From assembly GCF_963676685.1 (NCBI RefSeq), contig NC_092347.1:2356001-2420000 (forward strand): a stretch of DNA of 64,000 nucleotides, given 5' to 3'. Made by a program: the position numbers and the translations under genes. This stretch comes from Mytilus edulis. Taxonomy: Eukaryota. The notes under the pieces are model-generated. The model searched no databases and was not told where the DNA came from. It saw nothing but the letters and a program-made list of their open reading frames with translations. Shown here one piece after another: positions 53,137 through 64,000 of the stretch (its first letter is position 1; each line of letters starts with the position of its first letter).

Positions 53137-54042
53137 CAGAGATGGGTCCGATTTCTTTCAATGTAATTGATTAAATTACAATTACTTTGTCAATTGTACG
53201 ATTAAATTGAATTAATGATTACACCATTTCTCACAGTAGCTGATTAAATTGATGATTACATTGGCAAGTAATCATGATTACATCTGATTACAATGAATTT
53301 GAAACAAACAGTTGAAAGATGTTAATATATGTAGATAATAACTGAAGCATGTTTCGAGTAAGGATTTTATTTCATTAAATTGTCTAAATTAGCATGATTA
53401 TACTTAGGTAATGCCTGTACTATATGTACTGAGTCAGGAATATAGTTATCCATTTATTTTAAATGTTTGAGCTTTTGATTTTCCATGGAATATGGTATTT
53501 TGTTATTTTACCTTTTGATATGTCATTAAATGATAACTCTTTTTTTGTAGAAAAAAAGTCCATAATGTTCACTATAAATCAGAATTAAATCAGAAACATA
53601 GATTTTGTAATCCTTATTAATTTATTATTCATATCATTCATATTTCTTAAGATTTATTCAATAAAAATTAAATTCAGGGTCGTGTAAGATTGATATTTTT
53701 AACCTCGAATAAATCTGATAAATCAAACATATAAAATATTGATCCTTATTTATAGATGTATCAAAAAGTTTGAAGTTGTCTTTGGATATCAGATAAATCA
53801 TCTAACAGTAGCCTGTTATATGTACAACTTAAAAAATGTTCAGACAATTTAAATATTGTTTTTCTTTGTAATCGGAACGTAATCAAAAGTATTCAGAATT
53901 ACAAGGGATTGAGAAAAGTGATTGATTAAATTAAATTACATGTAATCAGATTTTTGGCTGATTAATGATTACACTGATTACTTGGGAAATTGTAATCAAT
54001 TACAGCTGATTAATGATTACAATTACAATTACCCCAACTCTG
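53137..54042. mobile_element. hAT-type non-autonomous DNA transposon
   Basis: TIRs cagagatggg / cccaactctg, perfect 8-bp TSD tttcgtta, subterminal gattac repeats; empty site at ~39785. Confidence 0.9.
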
Positions 54043-55506
54043 TTTCGTTATTGGATATGTGTTATGTCTCTTCCAATTGCTTAAATGTCTCGCCTGCTTT
54101 ACTGACCAAGATTAGTTATAATGTCAGGAGTCTAAAAGGAAAAGTTTTCCCACAAGTATCACATGCAAATAACAGTACCAATGATCAATGACAATGCGGT
54201 CAAGGTCAGAAAAACACTGCCTGACAGACTTGTATCCCCATTTCCATTCTCAATTCCATGTATACCTGACTATTATTCCATACACCAAATATATAGTTTA
54301 CCTATTGGTTATATAAGTACCCAAGAAACAGACATCACAAGGAAAACTTTACATTGACAGATACATATTAAAAATGAGGTCACGGTCAGATGATGCTAAC
54401 TAGACTAAATGTACACATAAACAATAAGTCCATTCACGAAATAAAGTTGACCTATTGCTTATCAAAGTATAGAAAAGGCTTACCTGTTAAACTGGAAAAC
54501 GTAATATTGAGCAATGAACCATTAACATAATATAAAGGACGGGTGAAATCTGCCAGACAGACATGTACACATTACAATCATTTTATAATCCAAATATAGT
54601 TGACCTACTACTAAATACTATTTAAACAACAGATCAAAACACTAAAAATAAATATTGCCAAACGAACCTTGAAAACAAAGCCAAGTTCAGATGAAACCTG
54701 ACAGACTTAAACTGCAGTTTATAGTATCTGAGAAACTAATTTAATCATGGATTTTTTTACTTTTTCACTGAGCCATGAAATAAGGTCGAGGTCAGGGGAA
54801 CTCTGCCTGACAGACATCGCCACACATGAATTCCTTGCAAGGAACCCATATACCAAATATAGTTCATCTTGTACTCATAAGTGAGAAACTCACTTGACAA
54901 AACAAAATTATACCTTTTTTTAAAAGCAGTTCTGCTGAACCATGAAAATAAAGTCAAGGACAATGAAAATATGATTAACCAAAACTTCTTCTGAAATATT
55001 TTAGCTCTGCCAGATTTTAACTATAGTATACAGGTTTTTAATATCTTTGCAATTTCTCTCATTTTATCCTTTGTTCTCTTCATAGTTTTGGCGGCTATTC
55101 TTTTTGACAAAGTGCAATTTTTGGACACAATTTTTACACTTAATACCCCGAGTACGAATGGGCAAGTTTGTTTTTTTATTACAGTACCCCAAGAAAAGAA
55201 CATTTTGCGAAAGACAAATGAATGATCCAAAAACACCATGTATGTACTTGTAATAGATAAAAACAAAAACACAAGTAAAGACAAAACGATAATATGAAAG
55301 TACTGTATACAAGATTTCTATTATATTTCGACAGTCAGAATTATATAAGTTTTAACAAACTAAAAAATAGTATGATCAGGTTTTAAACATTTTGCAGCAA
55401 TCGCACAGAAATCTCTTTATCTGAAGTGTGCAATCAGTTTCAAGGTCTCAGTTAGAATGGTAAAGTAAGTATACATTTGAACATTTAAGCTGTCCCTTAC
55501 TTAATA

Positions 55507-55572
55507 GAAGGTAAATCCAGAAAAGCACTTCGGTCCCATGAAATTATTAAACGTGTTGTTTTCATTTTTTTT
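55507..55572 (+). mobile_element. Family-2 retrozyme 3' fragment (half hammerhead)
   Basis: gaaggtaaatcca-GAAA-agcac-TTC-ggtcc...aacgtgttgttttca; absent from the paralogues at ~41550 and ~63415. Confidence 0.65.
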
Positions 55573-57148
55573 TATTAGGTAGATAATTTTGTTCATCTAG
55601 ATGTCGACTGATCATAATGGGATATGTCTAGACCCCTTGCAATAGTGTAAAGGGTATATATTTAGCTGTCAGACTGAAAGATTCTAATGAGTATGTCTTT
55701 TAAGGTTGATTTGTTATGGCCTTGACTACCAATGTATGTCTTGTACGATCGGAGTATGTCTATAACTCTTGTGTAAAGAGGTATATTTAGTACCTATAGA
55801 AGTTAATGTCAACTGTCTAATAAAACAAATAGTTTTTTCTCAGGTTGTGCCATCATTGTAGAGAAATGTCTTTTTCCGGAGTTAAATGATGAAATAACAT
55901 CAATAGTTCAGACACATAATTGATGCAGATACTTCTATTGAATAACCTTTCACTTTGAATAAAAACGTTGCATGTAAACAGTCTGTTACTTGTGTTCTAT
56001 CAATACACTGCTCATTTTGACTGGAACAATTTTTGTTAAATGAAAGTTTTTTTTCTGATAATGATTTTTAGGTAAATGATAATCTAATCTGTCACTGAAG
56101 CTTATTTTATCTCCTTGCACTTTTACGACTTGACTATGATTTTATACAGAAGTCTATTAAAATGTCTTGTTCGTTATGATAAAATCAAACTGCAATTTGG
56201 TTAGAATTTTCAAAAAACTGCAATAGATGGCAAGCAAAACGTACATGGAAGTCGCAATAATAAAGAACAAAATTAAGAATGTTGGGAATAAACAAACAAT
56301 GCTCGAAATATATTCACCACACCGTATATTAGAATGTAAATTTGGTAAAATAAATAATATTATCAGTTATGTAGAGTCGAGAACTGTTCAAATTAAGACG
56401 TTTGACAGGGTTTTATTTTTCTTTCTTTCTGAAAGCATTTAAAAATATCTCCCACATGAAACATGAACAACTGCTCAACATCTGGGGTCGGTATGTTTCC
56501 CCAAACCCCTGTACAATTTAATGCCTCCTTTTAAACAAGTTCTTATTTTAGGCCCTGCTAGAAAGACATAGCTTAATCTAAGATGTGTTTATTTGTTATT
56601 AAATTTTTTTAAATTTGTGACTTTTTGTTTTTTCTCAAAATTAATTTTTCAAAAATTTCAATGGAAACTCAAATGTTTAATTTTATCTTGTCATTCATAG
56701 AAGTCAGCACAGAAAGCAATGATCAATGGTAAAGACACTCTTTAAGAGAAAGTCGAGTTTAGGAAATTACTTAAAATTCAGATAAATTATGATCTTATAA
56801 GGAAATCTTGCTAAAGAATCAAACAATGATTATTTATTCATATTTGTCAATAGAATCGACCAATAAACCATGAAAATGAAGTAAAGGACGGATGAAATTA
56901 GCCAGACAGAGATATACACCTCACAATCATTTCATAAACCAAATATAGTTGACATACTACTAAACACTATTTAAACAACAGACCAAAACACTAAAAATAA
57001 ATATTGCCCAACGTACCATGAAAATGGTACCAAGTTAAAATGAAACCTGACAGACTGACATGTAAACCTTACAATTATTCCATATTCCAGATGTAAATTA
57101 CCTGCAGCTTATAGTATAGTTATCAAAGGTTCCAGGATTATAATTTAA

Positions 57149-57195
57149 TACGCCAGACGCGCGTTTCGTCTACATAAGACTCATCAGTGACGGTC
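57149..57195 (-). ncRNA. Type I hammerhead ribozyme (solo insert 57118..57205), intact
   Basis: Insert identical to 40521..40608. Confidence 0.9.
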
Positions 57196-60100
57196 ATATC
57201 AAAACAGTATCTGCGAAACTAATCGAATCATGTAATTTTTTTTATTAATCCATGAAATGAGGTAAAAGTCAGGTGAACACTATCTGACAGATATCATAAG
57301 ACACATTAATACCTTAAAAGGAAGCCATATACCAAATATAGTTCATCTTGTATTCATAAGTGAGAAACTCACTTGATAAAAATAAATATACCTTTTTTAA
57401 AAAGCAATCGCTGAACCATGAAAATAAAGTCCAGGACAATGGATATACGAAGGACGATTAGGGTCAGGTTTTATTACAATACCCGTAGAAGAGAAGATTT
57501 ATGCAAAGATAATGGAATGATCCACAATAATGAGAATAAGCCACTCTGACATTTTTGGTTTTATAAAAGCTGAATTGGACATGCCATGATATCAGAACAG
57601 AGAAAAAGCATCAACACTAAAATTAGATATAATTTTGTCATGTGTTTTCATTGTTTGTCCTGTTTAAAATGGAATTTAGAATTAAATTATAAAAAATGAC
57701 TGTAATATTTTTCCTGTCTATTAGAAATAACATAAAAAATGTGGTTCACACTTTAAAATAACCCGTTACGCGGGTTATTCAGTGTGCACCAGATTGTTTG
57801 TGTTATTTCTTCATGGACAGAAATATAACAGTCATTCCTTAAGTAATATATTAAAAATACAGGTAAAGGCAGAAGATAATGTATCATATATTTCTACCAT
57901 ATTTTGATTGTTCGAATAATAAAGTGTTATTAAATTACAATCATTGTTGTATGATCAGGTTTTTAATCTTTTGCTACTAATAAAAGAAATCTGGAGTGTG
58001 CACTCAGTTCTAAGGTCGCAGTAAGAATGGTAAAGTAAGTATACATTTGAATTATTTCGACTGTCTCTCGCTCTATTAGGTAGAACATTTTGTTCATCTA
58101 GCTGTCAGACTAATGGGACAATGTCTATACCCCTTTCAAATGTGTAACGGATATATATATTTATCTGTCAAACTTAAGGATCCTTATAAGTATATTTTGA
58201 AAGGTTTTGTAATGACCTTGACCACCAAAAGAGGGATTTGCACGATCGGAGTATGTCTAAAACTATAGTGTAAAGGGGATATATTAAGCACCTCCATCTA
58301 TAGAATCTAGAAACTGTATAATAAAACATATGGGTTTTTCTCAACTAGTGCCATCATTTTAGAGACATGTCTTTTTCTAGAGTTAAATGATTTAATAACA
58401 TCAATAGTTTGAACACATAATTGATGTTGTATCTTCTACTGAATATTCTTTCACCTTACTGTTTAATAAAACCATTGCATGTAAACAGTCTGTTACTATG
58501 TTCAAACTACATTTTGACAGGAATAATTTCTGCTGAATGAAGGTTTTTTTCTGATAATAATTCAGTTAATGATCAATATCTAATCTGACAAATAGTCATG
58601 ACCTGTGCAGTAATAAGTAAGGCTATTTCCCACAAGATAACATGATTATTAGTAGTTAGTTAATATCAGTCAATCAAGTTTATTTTTCTATGGCTTTCAA
58701 TCTGTAAGCATTTTGACTAAGACAACCAAATTATTCATTGACTTTCAGAACGCTTTGACAAAATGTTATGTGGAAAATAATTAAACTGACTTGATCATAT
58801 TTAAATAATGTGATATTTACACATTGGGTAAGTTCATACTATTGCGATATTTACTCAGTTGGCGTCAACTTTTATCTTACAAGTATATCTAAATTCATAG
58901 TATTTAATTAAATTTGTAGATACCACCAACGACTACTGTTCCTGCCAAATCCCTAAAACAATTATTGTAAAGAAGATTTCTCTGTCACGAAACTGCAACT
59001 TTAGCTGAAATCATTCAATTTGAAATAAAACTTGATCAACTTTAATTTCTAAAACAATTCTTCATTTAAAGATCTTATATTTAGTAAAACATATGAGAAA
59101 TTACAATACGGTTTTATAAGTTTCAGTGAGAAATAATCTAAAATCATTGATCATGTTGATATTTTGAAATATTGAGCCTTATCTCCATAGCTTAAAAATA
59201 TCTTTCAAAAAGCGTTGTAGCATGCACCTAAAAAGCATTTAATTTGTTGAAAATCAGTAGATATTGCCCCAAAATTAATGTTTAAAAAAAAAATTAACAC
59301 TGAAATGTATCATACATTGGTGTCTGTTTTGTTTTCAAAGAGTTTTATTTATCTTGCACTTCACAGAAGTCAGCACAGAAAGCTCACGTTATGATCAATG
59401 AAGTGCTGGTTAAGAAACTTCTACAGCAATCTTTTTAAGAGAACGTCAAGTTAAGTAAATGAATTCAAATTCAGATAAATGTTTGTTTATTCCATATTGG
59501 TTCTAAGTAATATTTTTCATTAACACCAAATGCCCTTTTGTTTCTTAAAGCCTGTATAACTCTTGGTTTTTTGTTCGTCTATACTTCAAAATAATCTCTC
59601 TAATATTGACATGGAATAAATGCCTCCAACAGGTTTTTTTCCTTGATGAAGGTAATGCCAAGTTCATTTTATATAATGACATCAGGGTTTTTTTTTTGGA
59701 GGCGTATAACTGCCAAGCGTCTATAAACTGTATTGTAACTATCAGAGTAAAAAGTAAACAAAGCATGTAAACATTGTGTTGTCATGTGACATCCTTAGTC
59801 AGGAAAATTGTAAGTGGTTGTCGTCAGTACAGTTCAATGATTTTGTCATTTAGGGAATAACTTGCTGATAGTAAATCTTTGATAGTCTTTATAAAATTCA
59901 TTCACAACTTTACTATACTCAGCGTTATTTTGAAATGTTCACATATCGATGACGAAAGTTCAAAAAAATAAGGAGATTGTTATGATTGCAAATGAGACTA
60001 TTTATCCACCTGAGACCCAAAGACGAGGATGTTTACAATAATAGGTCATAAACCGCCTTTAGAAAAATACCTTCTGTATAGCAAGTTGTAATAAGCATGA

Positions 60101-60632
60101 CAAAATATAACTTTTCAAAGATCTTCCTACAGTATTTAAACAATCATCTTAAAGAAGGAGTTTATCATAAGGACCAGTAAGTTGACATGAATTGTCCCTA
60201 AACTCATAGACTTTACAAAAAAGGTCATTTGGTGTTCTGCAGGAAGGAATTCGTTTTAGAGTGTGCATGATTCTGAGCGGGTGTTTTCCATGTAAAAATT
60301 TTGGAGATTGTATTGGAGTTTAGACAAACAAAACTTAGAGTTACACAGGGCTTAAGGTGGGAACATCTTGGCAAAAAATAATTTGACTCAAACAACGTTT
60401 AATCATTTTGACAAAATAATTACTCTCACCCTTTGACATTAATATAAAAATTTCAAAAATCTTGGAAATTTTTCATTGGATAAATAGCAGTTTAATTTTG
60501 ATCATTGAGAAGTTTAATATTTCTTTAACAATACAACGTCAATAAAACGTAAAGCTGATTTTACAGATCTATCTCCCTGTGGTGGTAGGTAGAAACGGTC
60601 AAAACACAAAGTTTTTTCATGTTTACCCAAAA

Positions 60633-61096
60633 TAGTTATCAAAGGTACCAGGATTAAAATTAATACGCCAGACGCACGTTTCGTCTACATAAGACTCATC
60701 AGTGACGCTCATATCAAAATATTTATAAAGCCAAAGAAGTACAAAGTTGAAGAGCATTGTGGATTCAAAATTCCAAAAAGTTGTGCCTATTATGGCTAAG
60801 GTAATCTATGCCTGGGATAAGAAAATCCTAGTTTTTCGATAAAAACAAAGTTTTGTAAACGGAAAATTTATAAAAATGAACACATTATTGATATTCATGT
60901 CAACACCGAATTCGAAGTGTTGACTACTGGGCTGGTGATGCCCTCGGAGACAAAACGTCCACCAGCAGTGGCATCGACACAGTGGTTAAAATAGTTATCA
61001 AAGGTACCAGGTTTATAGTTTAGTACGCCAGACGCGCGGTTAGTCTACATAATACTCATCAGTGACGCTCATATCAAAATATTTGTAAAGCCAAAC
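60633..61096 (-). mobile_element. Family-1 retrozyme monomer bounded by two hammerheads 360 nt apart
   Basis: The hammerhead at 60664..60710 has an intact core; the one at 61024..61070 has GAAA mutated to TAAC. Confidence 0.9.
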
Positions 61097-62356
61097 GAAA
61101 ACCATACTAAATCTTCATATAAATGAAAGAGTCTAGTAAGGGTAATTTGTGGTTACAAAAGTCCTTATCTAACCTAACCATTTAATACACAGATTAAGTT
61201 CATCAAAATCGAAGACATCTGTACAGATAATAATTGGCATATCAAATAAAATGAGAAAGTAACACAGTGTTAGATGGAACAAATGGTCAATAATTATCCA
61301 AACATAACACGAAACACTGACACTTAATTGAATTAGGTCTGTGCAGATAGTTTTCAATACATGAATAAATTATACCACTTAATTAAGGTTATCACTATAA
61401 CGAAACAAAAAGTCCTAAATAAAAATAAATTAAAAAAAACTTTATTAGCGTCAACCGGTTATTTTCTAAGTTATTGTTTAGTTAAGCCGGTACTTATCCA
61501 TCTGAAGGTTCTAATTATGTGACAGAATCAGAACAAAGGTTACACTTCGGAACTGTATGAAAGGTATCAAAATCAAATCTGAACTCTATAAAAGGTATAA
61601 TTAGTAGTCTGATTGTCAAATTATTGGTAGTCTTTTACAGCAAATTGATACAAAATAAATGTACACAGTTCATGACTTGTCCGTCAATGTGTTGCCCTCT
61701 CAATGTCTTTTGGTTATTTGTGTGAAGTGTTTGCTGTCTCATGGGTGTTTTCTACACACCTTCTTTTATTGAAAATAACATAACATAATTAAGAATCAAT
61801 ATATACAAAAACAAAAACTTGCTTATTGTTGATGAATGCCATGCCCAGATATCATTTTTGCTTTTAGTGTGTTCATATAAAGCTTTTTCCTAAACTAATT
61901 CCCTTTTCTTAGGGTAAATAAAAAACAAGCAAATGAAATACTGTCACTCCATGTTTGTTAAATTTGAGCATCAAACATGTTCTCCTGTACATGTTGAATT
62001 CTTAACTTTTTGGCATCTCTAAATATTGTTAAACAATTTTTTTGTTAATTCAGCGATAGATCAAACAACCTTTTTTCAGTAAAACGATTGACATAGAAAC
62101 TTTAAAATTATTATCATAATTCATCCAAGTTTTAATTCAGGAGCATTTAATTTTTTTATTTCGTTAACAAATATGTGTTTTGTCACTTTTAATTTGAAAA
62201 AAAAGCAAGGTAAAATGATTCCCCTGCTTTACTGAACAAGAATAATTGGAATGTTGACTTGTATCCCAAATTATTTCTCAATTTTATGCATACCTTATAA
62301 TTATTCCATACACCAAATATAGTTGATCTTTTTGTTACATTAATATCCAAGAAACA

Positions 62357-62438
62357 GTTGGTGACCTTCTGCTGTTGTCTGTTCTATGGTCGGGTTGTTG
62401 TCTCTTTGACACATTCCCAATTTCCATTCTCAATTTTT
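62357..62438 (+). mobile_element. Short PLE family 1 3' tail
   Basis: gttggtgaccttctgctg...ccattctcaatttt. Confidence 0.8.
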
Positions 62439-64000
62439 ATTACAAGGAAAACCTTACATTGACAGATGAGCCATGACAATGAGGTCCAGGTCAGATGTTG
62501 CTAGTCTGTCAGACATGTACACGTAAACAATTGTTCCCATTCACAAAATATATTTGACCTATTGCTTATCATAGTATGGAAAAAGGCTGAACAATTAAAA
62601 CTTAACATTAACCAATGAACCATGAATATGAGGTGAAGGACAGACAAAATCTGCCAGAGAGACACTTTCACCTTACAATTATTTCTTAATCCAAATATAG
62701 TTGACCTAGTACTTAATGCCATTTAAAAACAGACAAAATCACAAAATTAGAATATTGAATTGCCCAACGAAAAAAACTACACCTTTTCTTAAACAGTCGA
62801 TGTGACATGAAAATGAGGTCAAGGACAATGGACATATGATAGACGAAAACTTGATCTTCTCAATATTTAGCTCTGCCTGATTTTCTCTAAAACGGTTCTC
62901 AATATATTTGCAATTTCTCACATCCTATACTATGTTCTCTCCCTAGTGTCGGCAAACTTTTTTTTGTGGACAAAGTGCAGTTTTTGGACATATTTTTAAA
63001 ACTGAATACCCGAAGATGATTAGGGCCAGGTTTGACTACAGTACCCCAAGGAAAGAAGATTTTAGCAAAATAAAAATACAATGATCTATATTAATAATGA
63101 GAATAAGTCACACTGGCAATTTATGTTATGGTTGAATAGCTAGATAGGTAATGCAATGAAATCATAACAGAAAAATAACATCAACTCTAAAATACCCAAG
63201 ACAATATGAAAATAATATATCAAAGATTGTTATTGTATTTTTACTTCAAGAATCATAAAGTGTTATCAAAGTACAAAGTTGTATGATCAGGATTATAAAA
63301 CTTTAGTAACAATCTCAAAGAAATCTCCTTATCTGAAGTGTGCAATCATTTGCAAGGTCTTAGTAAGAATTGTATAGTAAGTATACATTTGAACATCTAA
63401 TCTGTCTCATACTTAATAAGGTAGATATGTTGTTCATCTAGACATCAGACTGATCCTAATGGGAATGTCTAGACCCCTTGCAATTGTGTAAAGGGGATAT
63501 ATTTAGCTGTCAGAGCGATAGATCCTAATGAGTATATCTATGCTAGTTTGGTTTTACTGACCTTGACTATCAATCAGGGTTTTGCACGGTTGAAGTATCT
63601 TTATAACCCTTGTGTAAAAGGGATATATTTAGAACCTTATGTGAATTGTCTAATAAAACACATTTTGTTTCTCAAGTTTTGCCATCATAGTAGAGACATG
63701 TCATTTTTTGGAGTTAAATTATTAAATAACATCAGTAGTTTTGACCCATTACTTGATGCAGTAACTTTTACTGAATAATGTTTCACTATTGAATAAAACA
63801 TTTGTATGTAAACAGTCTGTTACTTGTGTTCTATCAATACACTTTTTCATACTTTTTATGAAGCCTTAAAAAAGTTTTATAGTTGTTATTTTTAAATAAT
63901 GACCTAATATATCTTCATTGAGTTTGAGAAAGAGAGAAGTTGCTTACAAAACCCCCTTTTGGTCCTTATTAACTGTTAAAAAGTAATTAGAATGGTGTAG

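Larger units (their letters stand above)
34900..64000 (+). repeat. Nested tandem segmental duplication, about four 7-9 kb units
   Basis: Marker atgccaagttcattttata at ~35928, ~42997, ~50371 and ~59655; marker tatccatc(a/t)gaaggtt at ~38463, ~44674, ~52463 and ~61495. Confidence 0.85.

Noticed and set aside
59545-59766. ORF with a signal-peptide-like start (MLCLLFTLIVTIQFIDAW)
   Set aside because: Paralogues stop after 23 codons (~43035) or are frameshifted (~50430), so the frame is not conserved.

Overview
AT-rich eukaryotic DNA, most likely a bivalve; the repeat content resembles Mytilus (inference). The only clear host gene is an intronless class A GPCR of the FMRFamide-receptor-like type (31689..32984, +). 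The rest is transposon-derived. The highlight is a 5'-truncated Penelope-like retroelement (PLE, ~23580..26193, -). Its two apparent ORFs (25660..26133 and 24217..25524) are one reading frame interrupted by a single in-frame TGA at a Cys-like position, and a canonical form-2 SECIS lies ~54 nt after the stop, so it probably encodes a selenocysteine-containing reverse transcriptase (Naiad-type). Two more SECIS-bearing 3' fragments of the same family are present. The window also holds two families of type I hammerhead-ribozyme retrozymes (tandem, solo and degenerate copies with fixed 3' ends), a second PLE family, LINE fragments, a tRNA-headed SINE, a Helitron, several MITEs and three minisatellites. 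There is a ~10 kb-period duplication (1..5.3 kb vs 10.1..15.4 kb) and a nested tandem/inverted duplication over ~35-64 kb whose paralogues supply empty sites for many insertions. All alignments were made by eye.
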